This document shows positions 38,501-43,342 of a stretch of DNA of 43,342 nt, piece by piece (the first letter of the stretch is position 1; each line of letters starts with the position of its first letter). Origin of the DNA: Macrostomum lignano. Taxonomy: Eukaryota. The notes beneath the pieces are model-generated. The model did not search any database. It worked only from the letters and a program-made list of their open reading frames with translations, and was not told where the DNA came from. The stretch is taken from positions 1 through 43,342 of the forward strand of contig NIVC01001047.1 of the NCBI GenBank assembly GCA_002269645.1, in the 5' to 3' direction. A program made the translations under genes and the position numbers.

Positions 38501-41500
38501 TGTCTCTCTCACCTTCTCTTTCTCCAATGAAAACAGACACAGCCAGAGCCGCAGGTAGTCTTTGTAGCTGATTTTTCTAACGCTATTCGATGCGTCACCT
38601 TGAACTGGATCAGCTGCGGAGTCGCTGGCGGAGCCTGGAGAGCTGCCAGCCTCAGTGTCTGACTGGTACACCGGGTGCTCGTGCGAGCAGGTGCGGACCA
38701 GGCTCTGGTAAACTGGAGCGGCGGGTGTAATGTGAGGGCTTCATGAATGCGAGTGGCAGAAATGGGTTATACAATAGCAACACAGACAGACAGACGCATG
38801 GGCATACACAGACAGGGGCAGACGCAGACAGGGGCAGACACAGACAAGGGCAGACACCCAGACAGACACACAGGCAGACACAGGCAGACACAAATACAGA
38901 CACAAGGCAGACACAAACACAGACACACAGGCAGACACAAATACAGACACACAGGCAGACACAAACACAGACACACAGGCAGACACAAACACAGACACAC
39001 AGGCAGACACAAATACAGACACACAGGCAGACACAAACACAGACACACAGGCAGACACAAACACAGACACACAGGCAGACACAAATACAGACACACAGGC
39101 AGACACAAATACAGACACACAGGCAGACACAAATACAGACACACAGGCAGACACAAATACAGACACACAGGCAGCAGACACACACACAGACACACAGCCA
39201 CACTGCTCACCAACTTGAGCGGCAAACGCCTTGGCCAGGCCCGGCCTCCTGGACCGCAGCCGGTGCAGCGCGTGCGCCACCGCCCGCAGGCCGACGCGGC
39301 CCATCCGCTCGGACACTCGCGGGTACATGTGACAGACTGTGACAGACAGGCGGGCCAGCAGAGACAGAAACACGCCAGTGAGCTCGTCCAGATGCAGCGC
39401 CAGATTCGACAGAGACTCAACAAAGCTTGGCAGATTGGACAGTCGCTCATCCGAGCTGTCGCTCTCCGCAGTGAACAGATCCTCGGCCCGTTGAACCACA
39501 TCGGCGTACACCTGCCGCATGTCTGGCGGCGCCAGCAGCTTCTTGGCGGCCTCGGCGAAATAACCGAACCCGCGAACAGCCACGGACACGGTCTTCCAGC
39601 TGGAGCCGTCCGAGTCCAGGATCTGGCGGAATTGTTGCAGAAAGAACAGGAACAGCTTCTTCTGGGCTGGCGTGGCCGACTCGGCGCTGGCAGCCGAGAA
39701 CGCCGCGGTGGACACGGATTTGACGAAGGCATCGAATGCCAGCATGCCGACGTGCATCAGGTCGCGATTGTGGTGCGTGCTCCAGCGAAAGAACTGCTCG
39801 AATAGTACCTGGCAGTTTCATAGAGCGGCTCTTATTTGAATTTTGCTGACATGTCAAGGCTGAGTGGTCAGAGGCTAAGTGAAGTTTGTTCAAAAAAATT
39901 ACTACATTCTTTGTTGTCTCCAACGGAGGGTACTGATTGCTAGTCATAAACTAACTAGAATTTCAATAATAAATCTGGAATTCCCTAATCACAAACCCAG
40001 AATTCCCCTAATCATAAACCAAGAATTCCCCTAGTCCTTAACCTAGAATTCCCCTAATCATAAACTTATTATAGAATTCCCTAAATTACAAACCTAGAAT
40101 TCCCCTAATCAAAAATCTTTAATGCCCTTAAGCATAAACCTAGAATTCCCCTAATCATAAACCAAGAATTCCCTAGTCCTTAACCTAGAATTCCCCTAAT
40201 CATAAACCAAGAATTCCCCTAGTCCTTAACCTAGAATTCCCCTAATCATAAACCAAGAATTCCCCTAGTCCTTAACCTAGAATTCCCCTAATCATAAACT
40301 TATTATAGAATTCCCTAAATTACAAACCTAGAATTCCCCTAGTCATAAATCTATAATGCCCTTAAGCATAAACCAAGAATTCCCCTAGTCATAAATCTAT
40401 AATGCCCTTAAGCATAAACCTAGAATTCCCCTAGTCATAAATCTATAATGCCCTTAAGCATAAACCTAGAATTCCCCTAATCTTAAACCAAGAATTCCCT
40501 AATCAAAAATCTTTAATGCCCTTAAGCATAAACCTAGAATTCCCCTAGTCATAAATCTATAATGCCCTTAAGCATAAACTTAGAATTCCCCTAGTCATAA
40601 ATCTATAATGCCCTTAAGCATAAACCTAGAATTCCCCTAGTCATAGATCTATAATGCCCTTAAGCATAAACCTAGAATTCCCCTAATCTTAAACCAAGAA
40701 TTCCCCTAGTCAAACCTCATAGTTAGCAGCCAGGAATGCAGAAAACACAGAGCAGTGGTTGGCAAACAGCAGCAATGCCTGTTTTGGCGCCTCGTATCGC
40801 TGATAATTCTTGCCTGCAATCACCTTCACTGCCAGGTGATAGACCTGCTTCAGGTCCGGCTCTAAAAAGGTTGAAGACACAACATAAAATTGATGCTTAA
40901 TGCAGAAAAACAAATCAAATTAAACAACAAACCTTCCAACGAAAAGTGGCAAAAATAATTGGACAGAAACTCGAACAGGCTGGCAATCACGGCAAATTGT
41001 ACTTTAGTATGGTCCGATTTAATCTGGAAATACAATATTATAGTAAACCACTAATTTAGCTACTATAAGTAGCAAAACGAACAAAAACTAATCGAATTGT
41101 TTTAAAAAAGAAATATTACTTTTTGAACCAAGGATTTTACAACGTTGGCGGATATTTTTACAGCAACCGGTTGGAATTCTTCGGGATAGTACTTGCAGAT
41201 GCTGCCCAGTGCGCGGTAAAGGCCTTGCGTCACTGAAATTTATTTGAGGTCAACTTTACTTATAAAGAAGCATTACAATTTATTTTCAAATTCTTATATA
41301 ACACCCTAAAGTTGATCAGTCAGAATTTGATCAGATGACTCTCCCTGAAGTGAACCAGTCCCTTCAGACACACTCTCCCTGAAGTGAACCAGTCCCTTCA
41401 GACACACTCTCCCTGAAGTCAACCAGTCCCTTCAGACACACTCTCCCTGAAGTGAACCAGTCCCTTCAGACACACTCTCCCTGAAGTGAACCAGTCCCTT

Positions 41501-42786
41501 CAGACACACTCTCCCTGAAGTGAACCAGTCCCTTCAGACACACTCTCCCTGAAGTGAACCAGTCCCTTCAGACACACTCTCCCAGAAGTCCGCCAGTGCC
41601 CTCAGCACACTGTCTGCAAAACACTCCAGATAATATAAAAAACAGAACTGAGTCAAACTACTTTCAAACCGGTACCCACCGCCTTCGCTAGTCTGCCGCT
41701 GGCCAACTTCCAGGCGCAGTCTCTCGCAGAGCTGTCCAACATTCAACTGATTGCCGTCCACCGAGGAGCCGACTGCGTGCTTGAAACAAATCGACAGGCA
41801 GTTCAAAGAGGCGATGCGAACTTTTGCGCTGCTGATACTCAAGAATAGCAGCGACTCTGCCAAGCACTGCAGTTGGGGTTGAGAATGCGTCCTTCACTGA
41901 CTGCTGCTACCCTCCCTGTGTCCTTCACTGACTGCTGCTACCCTCCCTTGTGTCCTTCACTGACTGCTGCTACCCTCCCTGTGTCCTTCACTGACTGCTG
42001 CTACCCTCCCCTGTGTCCTTTACTGACTGCTGCTACCTCCCTTGTGTCCTTCACTGACTGCTGCTACCCTCCCCTGTGTCCTTCACTGACTGCTGCTACC
42101 CTCCCTTGTGTCCTTCACTGACTGCTGCTACCTCCCTGTGTCCTTCACTGACTGCTGCTACCCTCCCTTGTGTCCTTCACTGACTGCTGCTACCCTCCCC
42201 TGTGTCCTTCACTGACTGCTGCTACCCTCCCTTGTGTCCTTCACTGACTGCTGCTACCCTCCCCTGTGTCCTTCACTGACTGCTGCTACCCTCCCCTGTG
42301 TCCTTCACTGACTGCTGCTACCCTCCCCTGTGTCCTTCACTGACTGCTGCTACCCTCCCCTGTGTCCTTCACTGACTGCTGCTACCCTCCCCTGTGTCCT
42401 TCACTGACTGCTGCTACCCTCCCCTGTGTCCTTCACTGACTGCTGCTACCCTCCCCTGTGTCCTTCACTGACTGCTGCTACCCTCCCCTGTGTCCTTCAC
42501 TGACTGCTGCAATACAACCAGTTAGGCAACCCCATAACCCTACCTTGACTTTAGCAGCGATGTAGCCAAGAGTGCAGCGACTGGGCAATAAGTTTGTAAG
42601 AAAATCCAATCCATCTTTTTTGGCATCTTCAGACTGTAAATTACAAGATGAAAAGCTATTCTCGTATTAAAACAATGGATTAGCAAATATTTTTTGTTGA
42701 ATTTATCTGCATAAACAAAATTCTTACCACTTCTTTGGACTGAAGTCTATATACCAGGCATTCTGGTTCATCAGAAATCGCTAGGT
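117..42786 (-). CDS. PRKDC: DNA-PKcs gene, 41 traced coding exons; 5' exon and kinase/FATC exons not in window
   Basis: Colinear DNA-PKcs-specific motifs along the minus strand: [121 protein letters not shown] boundaries with compatible phases join exons 1-37 in one frame (one junction needs a GC or alternative donor). Confidence 0.97.
710..1214 (-). CDS. PRKDC: DNA-PKcs exon 40, two apparent 1-nt deletions
   Basis: tcgcag/gtcagt; [21 protein letters not shown] and [18 protein letters not shown] are in three successive frames. Confidence 0.92.
1301..1700. repeat. Degenerate telomere-like (CCCTAA/CCCAAA) intronic array
   Basis: Many CCCTAA units mixed with variants. Confidence 0.85.
1920..2166 (-). 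CDS. PRKDC: DNA-PKcs exon 39, with apparent frameshift(s)
   Basis: ttccag/gtgagg; 3' part [17 protein letters not shown] resembles YQRAFQHLSEA..AYMTL. Confidence 0.78.
2236..2620. repeat. 24-bp minisatellite GTCGGTCAATGTGTCGCTTATAGT
   Basis: Direct reading. Confidence 0.95.
2716..3010 (-). CDS. PRKDC: DNA-PKcs exon 38, with apparent frameshifts
   Basis: cctcag/gtaagc; [16 protein letters not shown] (cf. MIDSARKQNNFSLAM) and AWTTAAL..EKVAKV lie in different frames. Confidence 0.78.
3075..3490. repeat. 24-bp minisatellite ATTAGGTAGGCTATTAGGTGGTTG
   Basis: Direct reading. Confidence 0.93.
4035..4395 (+). mobile_element. tRNA-derived CORE-SINE-like element (ends approximate)
   Basis: Pol III B box GGTTCGATTCC at 4151, followed by GCAAGACACTTAAC..CAGCTGTAAAATGGG resembling the CORE domain, then an AT-rich tail. 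Confidence 0.62.
4535..4792 (-). CDS. PRKDC: DNA-PKcs exon 37 ([33 protein letters not shown]); donor uncertain
   Basis: ccgcag acceptor, gtttag donor; matches LTEIQE and LLNTWTNRYPD. Confidence 0.88.
4930..5190. repeat. 30-bp minisatellite TGCTATGACCAACTGAAGGATAATGGAGAG
   Basis: Direct reading. Confidence 0.9.
5300..5398 (-). CDS. PRKDC: DNA-PKcs exon 36 ([27 protein letters not shown])
   Basis: ttttgcag/gtgagc; resembles YSQELSLL..AKYYI. Confidence 0.85.
5425..6460. repeat. ~1-kb (CTA)n trinucleotide array
   Basis: Direct reading. Confidence 0.97.
6480..6626 (-). CDS. PRKDC: DNA-PKcs exon 35 ([17 protein letters not shown])
   Basis: cctcag/gtgagg; resembles YLPYMIRSKLKL. Confidence 0.83.
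6715..7160. repeat. Degenerate ~36-bp repeat with internal GGGTCA..TGACCC palindrome
   Basis: Direct reading. Confidence 0.85.
7205..7696 (-). CDS. PRKDC: DNA-PKcs exon 34, FAT start (..[23 protein letters not shown])
   Basis: tcccag/gtgagt; matches WVELAKLYRSIGE. Confidence 0.94.
7780..9360. repeat. 26-bp minisatellite GATATGTCGCTAAGATGTGTCGGTGA
   Basis: Direct reading. Confidence 0.97.
9629..10117 (-). CDS. PRKDC: DNA-PKcs exon 33 ([26 protein letters not shown])
   Basis: aatcag/gtgaca, phase 0/0. Confidence 0.85.
10150..10720. repeat. 33-bp minisatellite TATGACCCATTCTAAAAGGATCATAGAGGATGA
   Basis: Direct reading. Confidence 0.95.
10788..11285 (-). CDS. PRKDC: DNA-PKcs exon 32 ([34 protein letters not shown])
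   Basis: atccag/gtgagc; matches YRSYRHGDLPDIQI. Confidence 0.96.
11325..11606. repeat. (GACA)n microsatellite filling the intron
   Basis: Direct reading. Confidence 0.96.
11607..12248 (-). CDS. PRKDC: DNA-PKcs exon 31 ([34 protein letters not shown]), ABCDE-cluster region
   Basis: ccgcag/gtctgt; matches PMFEHPLSECEFQE and TPMFVETQ. Confidence 0.95.
12291..12440. repeat. 43-bp tandem repeat, about 3.5 copies
   Basis: Direct reading. Confidence 0.9.
12590..13124 (-). CDS. PRKDC: DNA-PKcs exon 30 ([26 protein letters not shown])
   Basis: tcgcag/gtttga; matches VFFLLPKFHGVLKTLCL. Confidence 0.88.
13170..13825. repeat. 20/24-bp minisatellite CTCTAGTATCTACCCAGACA(GACA)
   Basis: Direct reading. 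Confidence 0.95.
13879..14136 (-). CDS. PRKDC: DNA-PKcs exon 29 ([25 protein letters not shown])
   Basis: ccgcag/gtgagt; matches YKEVYAAAAEVLGL. Confidence 0.92.
14205..14390. repeat. 23-bp minisatellite CCCTCTCCCCACTGTCTGTTTCA
   Basis: Direct reading. Confidence 0.95.
14400..14554 (-). CDS. PRKDC: DNA-PKcs exon 28 ([22 protein letters not shown])
   Basis: gagcag/gtgagt; matches LANRLL..VFRHNL..IPY. Confidence 0.9.
14590..14835. repeat. 21-bp minisatellite GATTCTTAAAGTACAATGGGC
   Basis: Direct reading. Confidence 0.92.
14894..15628 (-). CDS. PRKDC: DNA-PKcs exon 27 ([19 protein letters not shown]-like..[12 protein letters not shown]); 3' boundary uncertain
   Basis: ttgcag acceptor; strong matches ([28 protein letters not shown]); donor inferred as GC (GAG|gcgagt). 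Confidence 0.92.
15815..16915. repeat. 21-bp minisatellite AGCAACAGTACCAAT(AGCCAC/CCCCTT)
   Basis: Direct reading. Confidence 0.97.
16949..17165 (-). CDS. PRKDC: DNA-PKcs exon 26 (QCYDL..CEAYN..FIFDNIV..YQLPLQ)
   Basis: ccccag/gttgag; matches HCAAYN and LIFENLID..YNFPVE. Confidence 0.92.
17195..18236. repeat. 30-bp minisatellite ACAGGTAAATGGGGATCAGATTAGATACGG
   Basis: Direct reading. Confidence 0.97.
18245..18587 (-). CDS. PRKDC: DNA-PKcs exon 25 ([23 protein letters not shown])
   Basis: cgtcag/gtgagt; matches RQSFVDRSLLTLLWHC. Confidence 0.88.
18630..20512. repeat. 21/23-bp minisatellite GACAGTACAGCAATACAGACA(GT)
   Basis: Direct reading. Confidence 0.97.
20526..20736 (-). CDS. PRKDC: DNA-PKcs exon 24 ([30 protein letters not shown])
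   Basis: ctgcag/gtgagt; matches [20 protein letters not shown]. Confidence 0.92.
20940..21190. repeat. (CACT)n microsatellite
   Basis: Direct reading. Confidence 0.95.
21352..21525 (-). CDS. PRKDC: DNA-PKcs exon 23 ([17 protein letters not shown])
   Basis: ccgcag/gtaagc, 174 nt, phase 0/0. Confidence 0.87.
21532..22172. repeat. (GAGT)n microsatellite, inverted relative to 20940-21190
   Basis: Direct reading. Confidence 0.96.
22226..22300 (-). CDS. PRKDC: DNA-PKcs exon 22 ([25 protein letters not shown])
   Basis: long T tract + ag, gtaagt donor, 75 nt; fills a gap expected from the human alignment. Confidence 0.8.
22373..22505 (-). CDS. PRKDC: DNA-PKcs exon 21 ([20 protein letters not shown])
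   Basis: tgacag/gtgggc; matches KLATTILQHW..KILQIDS. Confidence 0.88.
22550..22910. repeat. (GACA)n/(CA)n microsatellite
   Basis: Direct reading. Confidence 0.96.
22915..23180 (-). CDS. PRKDC: DNA-PKcs exon 20 ([13 protein letters not shown])
   Basis: ttcacag/gtgagc, phase 0/2. Confidence 0.82.
23325..24015. repeat. 18-bp minisatellite TACGATAATCCTCTTCCC and variants
   Basis: Direct reading. Confidence 0.96.
24085..24177 (-). CDS. PRKDC: DNA-PKcs exon 19 ([23 protein letters not shown])
   Basis: cttcag/gtgagt, 93 nt, phase 0/0; weak similarity to LASGLLELAFAF. Confidence 0.75.
24318..27800. repeat. 19-bp dimeric (38-bp) satellite GGTCATTAGGTGTGGAAAG/GGTCATTAGGTGTTGCAGG, split by the solo LTR
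   Basis: Direct reading; the array continues on both sides of 26378-27423. Confidence 0.96.
26378..27423 (+). mobile_element. Solo LTR (probably Gypsy-type), 1,046 bp
   Basis: Unique sequence interrupting a satellite unit; TG...CA ends with imperfect terminal inverted repeat (TGTAGAG / CTCTTCA); ACGG duplicated at 26374-26377 and 27424-27427; TATA-like TATAAATATAAG at 26686. Orientation inferred from the TATA box. Confidence 0.85.
27914..28160 (-). CDS. PRKDC: DNA-PKcs exon 18 ([17 protein letters not shown])
   Basis: actcag/gtgtgc; matches KMSPYKDIL. Confidence 0.85.
28330..28728. repeat. 24-bp minisatellite CTAGCAACCCTCTTAGTAACCACC
   Basis: Direct reading. Confidence 0.93.
28729..29238 (-). 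CDS. PRKDC: DNA-PKcs exon 17 ([26 protein letters not shown])
   Basis: atccag/gtgggt; matches LLAALECY and PASIGFNIGD. Confidence 0.9.
29557..29864 (-). CDS. PRKDC: DNA-PKcs exon 16 ([25 protein letters not shown])
   Basis: ccccag/gtgggt; matches WLLAHCGRPQTECR. Confidence 0.93.
29900..31500. repeat. Two oppositely oriented arrays of a shared motif (GATTTCTAAGAA / TTCTTAGAATC)
   Basis: Left arm has ~126-bp higher-order units; right arm has ~65-bp units. Confidence 0.88.
31589..32037 (-). CDS. PRKDC: DNA-PKcs exon 15 ([30 protein letters not shown])
   Basis: ctccag/gttggt; strong motif match. Confidence 0.97.
32400..32850. repeat. 40-bp minisatellite ATCTAGAGGGATCTGTGGACATCTTGAGCAGTCTGTGAGT
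   Basis: Direct reading. Confidence 0.93.
32877..33052 (-). CDS. PRKDC: DNA-PKcs exon 14 (..[28 protein letters not shown])
   Basis: ttttag/gtgaga; matches [21 protein letters not shown]; absent from the ORF track. Confidence 0.95.
33230..33490 (+). mobile_element. About three head-to-tail ~92-bp units resembling non-autonomous Helitron/Helentron termini
   Basis: Units begin ACTAGCAATCTGCGCCCC with a GC hairpin (GCCCCC..GGGGGC in the last copy) and end AGACAAATCATTTTAGTATAGTGG. Confidence 0.4.
33969..34342 (-). CDS. PRKDC: DNA-PKcs exon 13 ([30 protein letters not shown])
   Basis: actcag/gtgagg; matches FAVPFREMKPVIFLD..RQTKVAACELLHS. Confidence 0.96.
34636..34981 (-). CDS. PRKDC: DNA-PKcs exon 12 ([31 protein letters not shown])
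   Basis: cctcag/gtgagc; matches DELLASCLTFLLSLP. Confidence 0.93.
35020..35545. repeat. (GACA)n microsatellite filling the intron
   Basis: Direct reading. Confidence 0.97.
35551..35796 (-). CDS. PRKDC: DNA-PKcs exon 11 ([16 protein letters not shown])
   Basis: tttttag/gtgaat; [10 protein letters not shown] identical to human. Confidence 0.95.
35883..35966 (-). CDS. PRKDC: DNA-PKcs exon 10 ([27 protein letters not shown])
   Basis: tttccag/gtaatt, phase 2/2. Confidence 0.88.
36110..37243. repeat. 60-62-bp minisatellite containing TAAACCGGAAGTAG(T/G)GGATCAGGTGTAAAA
   Basis: Direct reading; two subtypes (left 60 bp, right 62 bp). Confidence 0.96.
37301..37587 (-). CDS. PRKDC: DNA-PKcs exon 9 ([36 protein letters not shown])
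   Basis: caacag acceptor; phase-2 donor gttagt required by the next exon; matches YDEFVKSVLKIVEKLDL and PKDFSAFINLVEF. Confidence 0.92.
37612..38280. repeat. 30-31-bp minisatellite GGGAGTGGGGATCAGATATTGGGATTGATTA
   Basis: Direct reading. Confidence 0.96.
38513..38712 (-). CDS. PRKDC: DNA-PKcs exon 8 ([24 protein letters not shown])
   Basis: ctccag/gtgaga; matches VHQGLIRICS and TYKDYVDLF. Confidence 0.92.
38780..39200. repeat. 26-bp minisatellite ACAGACACACAGGCAGACACAAATAC
   Basis: Direct reading. Confidence 0.94.
39211..39808 (-). CDS. PRKDC: DNA-PKcs exon 7 ([34 protein letters not shown])
   Basis: gccag/gtgagc; matches AIRGYGLFA and MPSFLQSV. Confidence 0.95.
39965..40711. repeat. ~23/43-bp minisatellite with AACCTAGAATTCCCCTA core
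   Basis: Direct reading. Confidence 0.92.
40716..40861 (-). CDS. PRKDC: DNA-PKcs exon 6 ([28 protein letters not shown])
   Basis: ttttag/gtttga; matches KRYAVPSAGLRLFALH. Confidence 0.92.
40933..41023 (-). CDS. PRKDC: DNA-PKcs exon 5 ([30 protein letters not shown])
   Basis: tttccag/gtttgt, phase 0/1. Confidence 0.85.
41120..41232 (-). CDS. PRKDC: DNA-PKcs exon 4 ([23 protein letters not shown])
   Basis: tttcag/gtaata, 113 nt, resembles [20 protein letters not shown]. Confidence 0.9.
41341..41582. repeat. 34-bp minisatellite CTCCCTGAAGTGAACCAGTCCCTTCAGACACACT, about 7 copies
   Basis: Direct reading. Confidence 0.95.
41680..41866 (-). CDS. PRKDC: DNA-PKcs exon 3 ([25 protein letters not shown])
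   Basis: ctgcag acceptor, gtgggt donor; resembles AAKCKIPALDLL. Confidence 0.85.
41885..42510. repeat. 31-32-bp minisatellite TGTGTCCTTCACTGACTGCTGCTACCCTCCC(C)
   Basis: Direct reading. Confidence 0.96.
42544..42633 (-). CDS. PRKDC: DNA-PKcs exon 2 ([21 protein letters not shown])
   Basis: tttacag/gta boundaries, 90 nt, resembles human ECREEILKFL..VEIK. Confidence 0.82.
42728..42786 (-). CDS. PRKDC: DNA-PKcs exon 1 of those traced ((D)[19 protein letters not shown])
   Basis: cctacag acceptor, gtaaga donor, phase 1/0, open frame; weak similarity to the human N-terminus. Confidence 0.7.
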
Positions 42787-42989
42787 CTGTAGGAAGATAT
42801 AGATGGGAGCTATTAGTTACAGCATTTGATAGAAAATAATTCACCTTGATTCAATACACCATTATATTAATAATAACAAACTGTACAGTATAAAGGTGGG
42901 TCAAGACAGTAGGTAGATTTCAAAAGAGCCAAGTATGAAACGAAGGGAGAGAGAAAATGGGCACAGCACTGCTCACAGCTCTCTAGCTC

Positions 42990-43342
42990 ACGCTCCACCC
43001 CATTGCCAGCTAGCTGCACATTCAAGTTGGGTTTGTGCATTCTGATATACGAAGCTTCAATAATCTTAAGCTTATGGTTAAATTTGCACCCATCAAGCAC
43101 TTCAAAGAGCTGAATTGGTTCACTGTCACAACATCTTTTTACAAACAAGCAGATGGTTATTAATTGCAGCGCTTTTTAGCCAGTGTTCCTAGAGAAATGC
43201 TCTGATCCTTAGAGCAGCGAAATTGGTACACAACACCAACCCTTAGAGCAAGTGGAACAGCTGACTTGAGCCTGCTAGCATAGTGACCAATCTTTTCAAT
43301 CCTAATGGTGCATTTAAGCCTTTTGCTAAACATTTTTTTCAA
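42990..43342 (-). mobile_element. Degenerate Penelope-like element, GIY-YIG endonuclease C-terminus (continues past the window end)
   Basis: Fragments RLKSAVPLALRVGVVYQFRCS, EHWLKSAAINNHL and FEVLD..KLKIIEASYIRMHKPNLNVQ in shifting frames; the YIG segment appears deleted. Confidence 0.82.

Noticed and set aside
38743-39805. Plus-strand ORFs of 199-352 aa, and similar antisense ORFs at 153-550, 11051-12057 and 34520-35661
   Set aside because: Shadows of GC-rich exons plus microsatellite; no independent gene features.
117-42786. Another PIKK (mTOR, ATM, ATR, SMG1, TRRAP)
   Set aside because: The N-terminal and central motifs are DNA-PKcs-specific and colinear with it.

Overview
Eukaryotic (animal) genomic DNA. 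Almost the whole window is one minus-strand, intron-rich gene for the DNA-dependent protein kinase catalytic subunit (DNA-PKcs/PRKDC). I traced 41 coding exons by hand, from 42786 down to 117. Exons 1-37 (10,331 nt) splice into one uninterrupted frame covering the N-/M-HEAT regions, the PQR/ABCDE phosphorylation-cluster regions and the start of FAT. Exons 38-41 (positions 117-3010, FAT/FRB) are clearly DNA-PKcs but carry a cluster of apparent 1-nt deletions. The first exon and the kinase/FATC exons lie outside the window or were not found. Nearly every long intron holds its own micro/minisatellite array, and these arrays generate most of the long ORFs in the supplied track (artefacts). Mobile-element remains: a 1,046-bp solo LTR with a 4-bp TSD inside a satellite, a degenerate Penelope-like GIY-YIG fragment at the right end, a CORE-SINE-like element and Helitron-like tandem units. 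Best leads: reverse-complementary microsatellites flanking a skippable exon, a fold-back intron, a probable GC-AG intron, the frameshift cluster and a remodelled ABCDE cluster. GC-rich exons with satellite-packed introns suggest a free-living flatworm such as Macrostomum; this is inference only. Protein comparisons are to human DNA-PKcs as recalled, not from a database search.
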